Below are positions 1 through 8,075 of a DNA stretch of 32,000 nucleotides, piece by piece. Below the pieces are notes generated by a model. It was not told the DNA's origin. It saw only the letters and a list, made by a program, of their open reading frames with translations, and searched no databases. This stretch comes from Halomicrobium mukohataei DSM 12286 (GTDB taxonomy: Archaea > Halobacteriota > Halobacteria > Halobacteriales > Haloarculaceae). Numbering within the stretch: position 1 is the first letter of the stretch; every line of letters starts with the position of its first letter. The DNA is taken from assembly GCF_000023965.1 (NCBI RefSeq), contig NC_013202.1, positions 2,190,001 through 2,222,000 on the forward strand, read 5' to 3'. The translations under genes and the position numbers were made by a program.

Positions 1-162
1 GTCCTGTTTTTCTTCTGGGTCTACGGCATCGTGTCGTTCGCCTTCGACCTGCGAAACAAGATCATCCCGGGGGTACTCCAGTACCGACGCGGCCGCCGCA
101 AGCGCAAAGCTGAACGGGAACGCGAACAGGAGCGAGAAGAAAAGGAACAACAGCTGTACTGA
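1..162 (+). CDS. 3' end of an upstream gene (partial). C-terminal transmembrane helix followed by an Arg/Lys/Glu-rich tail; product unknown
   Basis: Frame 1 is open from the window edge (VLFFFWVYGIVSFAFDLRNKIIPGVLQYRRGRRKRKAEREREQEREEKEQQLY) and stops at TGA 160-162. It is absent from the ORF track because it has no start inside the window. Confidence 0.4.
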   Translation, partial: VLFFFWVYGIVSFAFDLRNKIIPGVLQYRRGRRKRKAEREREQEREEKEQQLY

Positions 163-211
163 ATAATTCCCGAGCGTTTTTATCCCCGTCCCACGGAGGC
201 ACGGACAGAGA

Positions 212-1276
212 ATGACTGACATAGAAGACGTTCGACTCGGCTTCGTTGGACTCGGCAACATCGCACACCTGCACGCGGACCAGGTACTCGACGTGGGGGG
301 GACGGTGGCCGCCGGGACCGACATCGACGAGGACGCTCGCGAGGAGTTCGCGGCGGCCTACGACGCCGACGTGTACGAAGACGAGGGCGCGATGTACGAG
401 TACGTCGACGCCGTCGTCGTCTCGACGCCCAACACGTTCCACGAGGAGTACGTGACCAGCGCGCTCGAAGCGGGCCTCTCCGTGCTCGTCGAGAAGCCAC
501 TCGCCCACTCTCTGGAGAGTGCCGAGCGGATCGCGGACGTGGCGGCCGACGCCGAGGGCTTTTGCATGGTCGGGTTCCACAACCGCTTCCGGGGGCCGGT
601 CCAGGTCCTCGACCAGTACCGCCGGGACGGCGAACTCGGCGACGTCTCTCACGTCGAAGCGAACTACATCCGCCGACGCGGCGTCCCCGGTCGTGGCAGC
701 TGGTTCACCCGGAAGGAGGTCTCCGGCGGCGGCGCGGTCATCGACATCGGGACCCACGCCATCGACGTGGCGCTACACCTGCTGGGCTTCCCGGAGATCG
801 AAGAGGTCTCGGCACAGACCCGCGCGCAGTTCGGTCCGGACGACGACTACACGTATCTGAACATGTGGGGCTACGACGAGGGTGCCGGCGGCTTCGACGT
901 CGACGACTCCGCCACGGCGTTCGTCCGCTGTGCGAACGGCACGACGATCTCGCTGGAGGTCGCGTGGGCGAGCAACCGCTACCCGAGTCAGGAACTCGTC
1001 GTTCGCGGCGACGGAGGCGGCGCGCACCTCGACATGGCCGACGACTCCCTGACCGTGCTCGATACGGCCGACGACGGCGCGGCCCACCACCGTGACACCG
1101 AGATCGAGACCGCAGACCAGGAGGCTCACGGACTCGAACAGGAGTACTTCCTCGAACACGTCGCCAGCGGCGACACCCCCGAGATGAACACGATCGAGCA
1201 GGGGCTGACCGTCCAGCGCGTGATGGACGCGATCTATCGGTCCAGCGAGGCCGGCAAAGCGGTCTCGGTGGAGTAG
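212..1276 (+). CDS. Gfo/Idh/MocA family NAD(P)-dependent oxidoreductase (sugar dehydrogenase-like)
   Basis: N-terminal Rossmann motif VRLGFVGLGNIA, then STPNTFHEEY and LVEKPLA, which are typical of the family. ATG start, with a T-rich TATA-like TTTTTATC at 177-184 (about -30). The acidic composition matches the rest of the window. Confidence 0.9.
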   Translation: MTDIEDVRLGFVGLGNIAHLHADQVLDVGGTVAAGTDIDEDAREEFAAAYDADVYEDEGAMYEYVDAVVVSTPNTFHEEYVTSALEAGLSVLVEKPLAHSLESAERIADVAADAEGFCMVGFHNRFRGPVQVLDQYRRDGELGDVSHVEANYIRRRGVPGRGSWFTRKEVSGGGAVIDIGTHAIDVALHLLGFPEIEEVSAQTRAQFGPDDDYTYLNMWGYDEGAGGFDVDDSATAFVRCANGTTISLEVAWASNRYPSQELVVRGDGGGAHLDMADDSLTVLDTADDGAAHHRDTEIETADQEAHGLEQEYFLEHVASGDTPEMNTIEQGLTVQRVMDAIYRSSEAGKAVSVE

Positions 1277-1381
1277 CTCCCCCGGATTGCGGTCCGTTCC
1301 CGACGGCGACCCGCGCTGTCAGCAGCGACGGCGCTGTCTGTCGGCGCGAAAGGCGCAAATTACGCCGGACCGCGCGAGAGA

Positions 1382-1391
1382 GGAAGACTTA
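1382..1391 (+). promoter_or_regulatory. GGAAGACTTA promoter element upstream of gdh, repeated identically upstream of trmB at 2532-2541
   Basis: The identical 10-mer lies at -40..-31 of gdh ATG 1422 and at -36..-27 of trmB ATG 2568. The (G)ACTTAAT / ACTTAGT part sits where a TATA box is expected. Confidence 0.45.
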
Positions 1392-1421
1392 ATCCCCGGT
1401 GCTCACATCTTCCGACCACGT

Positions 1422-2486
1422 ATGAAAGCTGTCGCAATCCGTCGCGGGAGCGACGAGCCAGAACTGATCGAGAAGCCACGGCCGGAGCCAAAACACGGCG
1501 AAGCGCTGGTTCGGACGCTCCGAGTCGGTGTCGACGGCACCGACCACGAGGTGTTGAGCGGGTCCCACGGCGGGTTCCCCGAGGGCGAGGACCACATGGT
1601 GATGGGCCACGAGGCCGTCGGGGTCGTCGAGGATCCCAACGGCACCGGCCTCGACGAGGGCCAGTACGTCGTTCCGACGGTCCGTCGGAAGCCCAACGGC
1701 GAGACAAACGAGTACTTCCGCCGCAACGAGCCGGACATGGCTCCCGACGGCGAGTACTTCGAACGCGGGATCGTCGGCGAGCACGGCTACATGTCCGAGT
1801 ACTTCACCAGTCCCGCGGACTTCCTGATCCCCATCGAGGCGGAGATCGCGCCGTACGGCATCTTCGTCGAACCGCTGTCGAACACGGAGAAGGCGCTGGA
1901 ACACGCTCGCGCGACCCGCTCTGCGTTCGACTGGTACCCCGAGTCGGCCGCCGTGCTGGGCAACGGTCCGCTCGGTCTGTTGACGCTGTGGCAGCTCACC
2001 CAGGAGTTCGATCGTACCTACTGTCTCGGTCGACGCGACCGGCCCGACCCGACCATCGAGTTCATCGACGAGGTCGGTGCGACGTACATCGACTCCCGCG
2101 AGACGCCGGTCGACGAGATCCCCGACGAGCACGAGGGGATGGACTTCATCTACGAGGCGACCGGCTACGCGCCCCACGCGTTCGAGACCGTCCAGGCGCT
2201 CGCGCCAAACGGCGTCGGCGCGCTGCTGGGCATCCCCGGCTCCTGGGACTTCGAGATCGACGGCGGCTCGCTGCACAACGACATCGTCCTCCACAACAAG
2301 TGTCTGTTCGGCTCGGTCAACGCCGGTATCCGACACTTCGCGGAGGGGGCGGCAGTCGTCGAGGCGATGCCCGACGACCTGCTCGATCACCTCGTGACGA
2401 CGGTCACCGACCCGGAGAACGTCGAGCCGGCCTTCGAGGACGGCGACGACCAGATCAAGGCGATCGTCGAGTTCGAGTCGCCCTGA
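1422..2486 (+). CDS. gdh: glucose 1-dehydrogenase (zinc-dependent MDR family, haloarchaeal type)
   Basis: MKAVAIRRG..EKPRPEP..GEALVRTLRVGVDGTDHEV..HGGFPEGEDH..GHEAVGVV..PTVRR..NEYF..PDMAPDGEYFERGIVG.HGYMSE.F..YCLGRRDRPDPTI..FIYEATG..LAPNGVGALLG is collinear with the Haloferax mediterranei glucose dehydrogenase sequence as I recall it. The ORF track begins at 1287, but ATG 1422 gives the family N-terminus. Confidence 0.9.
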   Translation: MKAVAIRRGSDEPELIEKPRPEPKHGEALVRTLRVGVDGTDHEVLSGSHGGFPEGEDHMVMGHEAVGVVEDPNGTGLDEGQYVVPTVRRKPNGETNEYFRRNEPDMAPDGEYFERGIVGEHGYMSEYFTSPADFLIPIEAEIAPYGIFVEPLSNTEKALEHARATRSAFDWYPESAAVLGNGPLGLLTLWQLTQEFDRTYCLGRRDRPDPTIEFIDEVGATYIDSRETPVDEIPDEHEGMDFIYEATGYAPHAFETVQALAPNGVGALLGIPGSWDFEIDGGSLHNDIVLHNKCLFGSVNAGIRHFAEGAAVVEAMPDDLLDHLVTTVTDPENVEPAFEDGDDQIKAIVEFESP

Positions 2487-2567
2487 GACGGACGGTTGTC
2501 GGAGCGATCGCGGTCTGGAAACGTAGCTGTCGGAAGACTTAGTTGGCGCGTCGGTCAACCGATTCGT

Positions 2568-3620
2568 ATGCCCCGCGACGACCTCCGGGACGCACTGGAG
2601 CAGGTCATCACCGTCTTCGACCTCGGTGAGTACGAGGTCACGGCCTACCTCGCGGTGCTGGAACACGGCGAGCTCTCCGCGTCGGAGCTGTCCGAACACA
2701 CGGACATCCCACAGCCACGGGTCTACGACACCGTCCGGAGTCTCAGCGACGTTGGCCTCGTCGAGCTGAAAGACAGCCGCCCGATGACGGTGCTCGCGAT
2801 CGATCCACGGGAGGCCTTCGACGACGTGCAGTCCTCGCTCGACTCCCTCGTCGACGACCTCTCGCGGCGCTACACCGCGCCGACGCGCAAGCCCGAGGCG
2901 GTCTCGCTGGTGAAGTCCCGGCCGACGATACTGCGCTATCTCGAAGACATCATCACCGCCGCCGAGTACGAGCTGATGCTGTCGCTGACCCCCCGGCTGC
3001 TCGATCGGTTCGAGGACGCGCTCCGGTCGGTCCACGACGAGGGCGTCGCCATCGAGATCGTCCTCTCGCCGGCCGCCAAAGCCCCGCCTGCCGGCGAGTT
3101 CGACTACCGGGGCCTCGCCACGACCGTCAAAGGGCGTCGCGGGATCACGACCCCGGTGGTCGCCGTCGCCGACGGCAACTACTCGATGTACGCCACCCGC
3201 GAGAGCGTGCGCGGGAACAACGACCGCTACGGCGTCATCTTCAACCGCTCTGAGCTCGGCTTTCTCGTCTCGGGCTTTCTCAACACGGTGCTGTGGACGA
3301 CCGCCGAGACGATCGTCGGCAACGGCGAGGACCTGTCGTTTCCCCGGCGTTACGGCACGATCCGACGGTGTATCTCAGACCTGCAGGCCCTCGACGGCGA
3401 GTTCTACGCGGCCATCGAGGGACGGGACGTCGAGAGTGGCGATCCGCGCGTCGTCGAGGGCCGAATCGTCGAAGCGGAGTTCGGCCGCAACCGCGAGGTC
3501 GCGACCCTGACGGTCGACGGCGAGGACGGACGCGTCGCCGTCGGAGACCGCGTGGCCGCCTACGAAGATATCGAAGCGTTCACGATCAGCGTCGGCCGCG
3601 ACGAACCGCCCACGACGTAG
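2568..3620 (+). CDS. trmB: TrmB family transcriptional regulator (sugar-responsive type)
   Basis: N-terminal winged HTH (FDLGEYEVTAYLAVLEHGELSASELSEHTDIPQPRVYDTVRSLSDVGLVE) plus a long C-terminal effector domain, about 350 aa as in archaeal TrmB. ATG 2568 was chosen over the track start at 2496. It sits next to gdh. Confidence 0.85.
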   Translation: MPRDDLRDALEQVITVFDLGEYEVTAYLAVLEHGELSASELSEHTDIPQPRVYDTVRSLSDVGLVELKDSRPMTVLAIDPREAFDDVQSSLDSLVDDLSRRYTAPTRKPEAVSLVKSRPTILRYLEDIITAAEYELMLSLTPRLLDRFEDALRSVHDEGVAIEIVLSPAAKAPPAGEFDYRGLATTVKGRRGITTPVVAVADGNYSMYATRESVRGNNDRYGVIFNRSELGFLVSGFLNTVLWTTAETIVGNGEDLSFPRRYGTIRRCISDLQALDGEFYAAIEGRDVESGDPRVVEGRIVEAEFGRNREVATLTVDGEDGRVAVGDRVAAYEDIEAFTISVGRDEPPTT

Positions 3621-3652
3621 CGAGACGACGTGTGTCACTCCCTCGCGTTCCC

Positions 3653-3668
3653 TTTTGGGTAACCTAAA
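3653..3668. promoter_or_regulatory. 16-bp palindrome family TTTAGG-N4-CCTAAA, copy 1 (TTTTGGGTAACCTAAA)
   Basis: Read directly. It lies 33-48 nt upstream of the GT2 ATG (3701), in the trmB-GT2 spacer. Confidence 0.5.
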
Positions 3669-3700
3669 TCTCAAGTACGTCCGGCAGAGAGCCCTATCTA

Positions 3701-4411
3701 ATGAGCCAACAGACGGTTTCAGACGGGGAGGATGGGTTCACTTTCGACGACCTGACGGTCGTCATGGGGACGTACAACGAGGCCGAAGCGATCGGGACGG
3801 TCCTCTCTGACATCGACGCCGAGACGGACGGCCGCGCGAACGTGATCTGTGTCGACGGGTCGAGCGACCGCACGCCGGAGATCGCCCGGGACCACGGTGC
3901 CCGCGTCATCGAACAGGAGCCACAGGGGTACGGCGTCGCCGTCCGCGAGGCGGTGCTGGCCGCCGACCGGCCCGTGGTGGTCACGACCGACTGCGACGAC
4001 ACGTACCCGATGGATCGGCTCGGCGACTTTCTCGATCTGATCGACGACGGCGCGGACGTGGTCAGCGGCGACCGGCTCTACCACGGTGCCGATCCGATGC
4101 CGGCGTTCAATCGCTTCGGGAACCACGCCTTCGCCGTCCTGGCGAGTGTCCTGATGGGCGAGCGCGTCCACGATACGACGACCGGCATGCGGGCCTACCG
4201 CCGCGAGGTCGTCCAGAAGATCGAGTGGACCGAGAACACCGGCCTCTCGGCGGAGCTGTTGATCCGTCCGCTGATGCGGGGCTACGACGTGCGCGAGGAG
4301 CCCATCGCCTACGCCGAGCGAGCCGGCGAGACGAAGCTCGACCCGCTCTCGGGCGGTGCAGCCATCGCGAAGTCGATCGTCAAAGTCTGCCTCCAAGAGA
4401 GAGTCCGCTGA
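3701..4411 (+). CDS. family 2 glycosyltransferase (dolichyl-phosphate sugar synthase-like)
   Basis: GT-A signatures: VVMGTYNEAEAI, ICVDGSSDRT and the DxD-type TDCDDTYP. The 236-aa soluble protein has the size and layout of Dpm1/AglD-type enzymes. Confidence 0.85.
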   Translation: MSQQTVSDGEDGFTFDDLTVVMGTYNEAEAIGTVLSDIDAETDGRANVICVDGSSDRTPEIARDHGARVIEQEPQGYGVAVREAVLAADRPVVVTTDCDDTYPMDRLGDFLDLIDDGADVVSGDRLYHGADPMPAFNRFGNHAFAVLASVLMGERVHDTTTGMRAYRREVVQKIEWTENTGLSAELLIRPLMRGYDVREEPIAYAERAGETKLDPLSGGAAIAKSIVKVCLQERVR

Positions 4412-4951
4412 TCACCGCCCGGGCGGCTGTCGGTAGCTCTCCGTCCCGCCGGGATGCCCCTGCGGGTTTTCCAGGCCGACGAGCCTGCCGCCGGTCGGGG
4501 ACGAGTACAGCGCGTACTGGAGTTCGTTGATCAGGTAGTACCGGACTCGCTCTTCTGGCCGTCCGTCTGGGTCCGGATCCGCAGTGTCGACGCCGAACTC
4601 CCGGAGCAACCCGTCTCTCCCGGCCCGGTCGAGCGCTGCGAAGGACTGTTCCTCCCACGTCTGGGCGTAGGATTCGAGGTCGTCCAGCGCCGTCGCCACG
4701 CCACGCCCGTACGCCGGCCGGTCGGTGATCTTCCCGACGACGTACCGCTCGACGAACGCGTCGACGTTGTCGACGGCGTCGGGGTAGATCGTGTCTGCGA
4801 GCGCGAGCAGCGTCTCGCGCTGTCGCTCCGATAGCCCCGACTGCTCGTCGTCCCGACGGAGCCGATCCCAGGTCAACGCGCTCCCGGCGGCGACGCCGCC
4901 GATGCCGAGTGCGATCACCGCGTCGCGTCGCGTGAGTTCGTAGTCGGTCAT
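4412..4951 (-). CDS. Tat-signal protein, gluconate 2-dehydrogenase subunit 3-like family
   Basis: Twin-arginine signal TRRDAVIALGIGGVAAGSAL at the N-terminus. The length (179 aa) and motifs (LLALADTIYP ... YY.INELQ.ALYSSP) resemble the small Tat-exported subunit family. Its ATG overlaps the upstream gene's stop (ATGA at 4948-4951). Confidence 0.65.
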   Translation of the reverse strand: MTDYELTRRDAVIALGIGGVAAGSALTWDRLRRDDEQSGLSERQRETLLALADTIYPDAVDNVDAFVERYVVGKITDRPAYGRGVATALDDLESYAQTWEEQSFAALDRAGRDGLLREFGVDTADPDPDGRPEERVRYYLINELQYALYSSPTGGRLVGLENPQGHPGGTESYRQPPGR

Positions 4952-6945
4952 GGTGTCGTAAGCGTCGTCTCGATCCAGACGCCGTCCTCGTGGCTGCCGG
5001 GGACGTACGCAGCTTCGCCGCCACAGAGTCGCCCGTCCCGACAGACCTCCGCGTACGGCGTCAGGACGCGGACGCGTCCGTCGTCGGCCTCGACGGGGAG
5101 TTCGAACCGGTACGTGAAACCCGCACCGGTGCCGTAGTCGACGAACGCCGACAGGACGAGTCGCTCGCGGTCCGCGAGGGGGACGACCGTCCGGTCGAGC
5201 CCTTCGCCGGTCAACGCGGCCCGCTCCCCGTCGAGGGTCAACTGCAGCGACAGCGACTCACGGCCGGCCGCGTCGGCCGTCGTGTAGCCGCTCCCGTTCT
5301 CGCTGGCCAGCCGAATCGACACCCGCTCTGCGAACCGTGGCACCCCGAGCGTCGTCTCCTGACGGACCGTCTCGCCGCTGGCGTGGTCGACGCGCTGGAG
5401 TCGCGGCTCGACGGTCTCGCCGGTCGTGGGCGACCACGGCCCGCGGTAGGTGTACCGATAGATCTCCCGGTCCGGGAAGGCGTCGACGACGGCGAACTGC
5501 CGCTCGCCGAGCGCGTACACCGTCCCGTCGTCGTAGCCCGGATCGTTTCGCAGGGCCTGGAAGGGATGGCCCAGCCAGTCGCCGTACGGCGTCGGCAAGA
5601 AGACGAGCGCGTCGTCGAGCGCCCGCTCCTCGAATGGCTCGTAGGCCCGCTCGTAGCGGTCGGTGACGGCGGCGTTGTCCGACACCGGCTCCGCGACCAT
5701 GGCGACGCCCAGACCGGTACAGAGCGTCCCGGAGAGGACCAGCGCCGCGGCGACGTGTCGGGCGCTCGCCCAGGAGCGACGCCGTACCGTCTGGCGGAGC
5801 CGCTCCCACGCGACGGTCAGCCCGACCGAGCCGAAGACGACCGTCGGCACGAGGAGGTCGACGTGGTAGTACGTCCCGAGCGTGTGGACCAGTCCGTCGC
5901 CGGCCCGATCCAGTTCGCCGAGCGTGTTCAGCGTGCCCCAGAAGAAGAGGTTCCCGACGGGCACCGTCACCGCGATCCCGGCGACGGTCGCCTGTTGCGG
6001 CGTCAGTCCCCGCCTGGTCGCCGCCGCGAAGCCGAGGACGGCCGCCAGCGTCCCCAGCGCACCGCCGACGACCCACCTGGTCGCGTACACCCACAGCGCC
6101 TCGGCGTTCGATCGCAGCGCCAGCATGGGCGTGTACTCCCGGCTGTAGCCGGCGATCTCTCGGAGGCCGAAGCCCGGTCCGTCCATGGGAGCGAAGACCT
6201 GGTAGGGAAAGCGCAGCGGATCGCCGGTCATCACCGCGTTGTGGCCCAGCGCCACGGCGACGCCGACGATCCCCAGTGCCGCCGTCAGTCCCTGTCGCAC
6301 GAGTGGCTCGCGCTCCAGTTCCCGCAGCGTCCACAGCGCGTGGGCGATGAACGGCGCGGCGAACAGAACCGCGGTGTAGGGGCGCGCGAAGAAGGCGATC
6401 CCGATCGCGACGCCCGCCGCGACCGCGCTCGCCCGGCTCTCGGTCCGGTCGGCGTGGAGGTACGCCGCCGCGAACGCGAGGTTCCAGAGCGTCGTCGGGA
6501 CGTACGGGAGGAACACGGACGCGTCGACGAGAAAGAGCGGCGACCCGAGCAACAGGACGCCGGCCAGCAGTCCCCGCCGACGGTCGAACAGTTCGGTACC
6601 GACCCGAACCGTCAGCGCGACGACGCCGCCGGCCGCCAGCGCGAGCGCGACTCGGGCGCTGCCCAGGAGTTTGCCGACGGCGAACATCGCCGCCGGAACC
6701 GGCGAGTACTTTGGGTACAGCCGGCCGTCGCCGGCCTCGACGAAGAACCACGGTCGGAAGGCGTCGGTGACGGGCGGATCGAGGAACAGCCGCCCCTCCA
6801 GCAACATGGCCGCCTGCTGGAGATAGACGGCCTCGTCGTGGTTGGTCGTGTGGTAGGGAAACACCTGCGTCGCCAGCCCGTAGACGACGATCGCGGCCGT
6901 CACCGCCACCCCCGCGACCGCGAGCCGGTGGCGACGGGGCGTCAT
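4948..6945 (-). CDS. GT-C fold (PMT_2/ArnT/GT39-like) integral membrane glycosyltransferase with a C-terminal extracytoplasmic domain of about 230 aa
   Basis: About 12 hydrophobic segments in the first 430 aa or so. An acidic motif sits in the first loop (TTNHDEAVYLQQA), as in dolichol/undecaprenol-phosphate-sugar-dependent GT-C enzymes. The C-terminal third is soluble. ATGA overlap with the ABC ATPase stop at 6942-6945. Confidence 0.7.
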   Translation of the reverse strand: MTPRRHRLAVAGVAVTAAIVVYGLATQVFPYHTTNHDEAVYLQQAAMLLEGRLFLDPPVTDAFRPWFFVEAGDGRLYPKYSPVPAAMFAVGKLLGSARVALALAAGGVVALTVRVGTELFDRRRGLLAGVLLLGSPLFLVDASVFLPYVPTTLWNLAFAAAYLHADRTESRASAVAAGVAIGIAFFARPYTAVLFAAPFIAHALWTLRELEREPLVRQGLTAALGIVGVAVALGHNAVMTGDPLRFPYQVFAPMDGPGFGLREIAGYSREYTPMLALRSNAEALWVYATRWVVGGALGTLAAVLGFAAATRRGLTPQQATVAGIAVTVPVGNLFFWGTLNTLGELDRAGDGLVHTLGTYYHVDLLVPTVVFGSVGLTVAWERLRQTVRRRSWASARHVAAALVLSGTLCTGLGVAMVAEPVSDNAAVTDRYERAYEPFEERALDDALVFLPTPYGDWLGHPFQALRNDPGYDDGTVYALGERQFAVVDAFPDREIYRYTYRGPWSPTTGETVEPRLQRVDHASGETVRQETTLGVPRFAERVSIRLASENGSGYTTADAAGRESLSLQLTLDGERAALTGEGLDRTVVPLADRERLVLSAFVDYGTGAGFTYRFELPVEADDGRVRVLTPYAEVCRDGRLCGGEAAYVPGSHEDGVWIETTLTTP

Positions 6946-8075
6946 TCGGTGGGGTACCAGGCCAGCGGGTGGTCGGCCGTCAGGTCGATCTCGACCGGTT
7001 CGCCCGGTTCGAACGACTCGCTGTGGTTGTGCAGACAGTGGACTACGTCGCCGCTGTGAAGCGTCACCCGGTAGACGAAGGAGGGGCCGTTGTACTGGCG
7101 CTGCGTGACGTAGCCGTCGGCGGTCGACTCCGCGGTCGGGATCGCCCGCAGGTCGTCGGGCCGGACGAGCACGTCGACGGTCGCGCCGTTGTACGCCTCG
7201 ACGGGGCCGTTGAGCCGCGCCGTCCTGAACGTCCCCATCCCGGTCTCGATGTCGTCGCCGGCCACGCGGGCAGAGAGGAAACTCGCCTGCCCGAGGAAGC
7301 TCGCGACGAAGCGCGACTCGGGGTTCTCGAAGACCTCGGCGGGGTCGCCCACCTGCTCGATCGTGCCGTCGTTCATGATCGCGACGCGGTCGGAGATCGA
7401 CAGGGCCTCCTCCTGGTCGTGCGTGACCGAGATCGCGGTCACGCCGGCTCGCTTGAGGATCTTCCGGACCTCCTCGCGCATCTCGACCCGGAGGCGCACG
7501 TCGAGATTCGAGAACGGCTCGTCGAGCAGCAACACGTCGGGCTCGGGCGCGAGCGACCGCGCCAGCGCGACCCGCTGTTGCTGGCCGCCGGAGAGCTTGC
7601 TGGGCATCTTCTCGCGGTGGTCGGTGAGATCGACGAGCTCCAGCAGCTCCGTGACCCGCTCGTCCGCTTCGCGGCTGTCGGCGTCCCGGAGCCCGAAGGC
7701 GATGTTCTCCGCGACGTTCAGGTGTGGAAAGAGCGCGTAGTCCTGGAAGACGATCCCGACGTTTCGCTCTTCGGGCTTGCGGAAGGTCGATCCGTCGGCG
7801 ACGGCCCGCTCCTCGATCTGGATCGAACCACCCGAAGGGCGTTCGAGGCCGGCGATCATGCGCAGCGTCGTCGTCTTCCCACAGCCCGAGGGGCCGAGCA
7901 GTGTCAGTAGCTCCCCGTCGTTGACCGACAGCGAGAGGTCGTCGACCGCCGTCTCCGCGCCGTACTCGCGGGTGATCCCGTCGAGTTCGACGACGGTCGC
8001 GGACGGGTCGTCGACCGCCGATTCGACCGAGTCGAACGCTGCTGTCGTGTTGCGCGTGTCTATGTCAGGTTCCAT
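6942..8075 (-). CDS. ABC transporter ATP-binding protein (FbpC/PotA-like, with a C-terminal TOBE-type domain)
   Basis: Walker A GPSGCGKTT, Q-loop, signature LSGGQQQRVALARSL, Walker B LLLDEPFSNLD and H-loop VTHDQEEA. A regulatory extension of about 130 aa follows. Confidence 0.9.
   Translation of the reverse strand: MEPDIDTRNTTAAFDSVESAVDDPSATVVELDGITREYGAETAVDDLSLSVNDGELLTLLGPSGCGKTTTLRMIAGLERPSGGSIQIEERAVADGSTFRKPEERNVGIVFQDYALFPHLNVAENIAFGLRDADSREADERVTELLELVDLTDHREKMPSKLSGGQQQRVALARSLAPEPDVLLLDEPFSNLDVRLRVEMREEVRKILKRAGVTAISVTHDQEEALSISDRVAIMNDGTIEQVGDPAEVFENPESRFVASFLGQASFLSARVAGDDIETGMGTFRTARLNGPVEAYNGATVDVLVRPDDLRAIPTAESTADGYVTQRQYNGPSFVYRVTLHSGDVVHCLHNHSESFEPGEPVEIDLTADHPLAWYPTE

Noticed and set aside
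180-500. Extremely Arg/Pro/Ser-rich ORFs. Examples: 180..500(-), 738..1358(-), 5258..6751(-), 8060..9709(-), 15235..16398(+), 19354..19920(-), 30506..31021(-).
   Set aside because: Their basic composition is the opposite of the acidic haloarchaeal proteome seen in every recognisable gene here. All of them lie inside better-supported genes.
1389-3035. Very long ORFs antisense to, or out of frame with, recognisable genes. Examples: 1389..3035(-), 4990..7059(+), 6969..7910(+), 13724..14644(-), 15617..16516(-), 20019..21602(-), 20603..22102(+ part), 22112..23212(-), 24045..25208(+), 25860..27230(+), 27227..28648(+), 29325..30356(+), 31244..31960(-).
   Set aside because: Each overlaps a gene with clear family motifs on the other strand or frame. 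Their translations are Arg/Gly/Val/Asp-rich low-complexity strings without motifs. That is typical of stop-codon-poor alternative frames in high-GC DNA.
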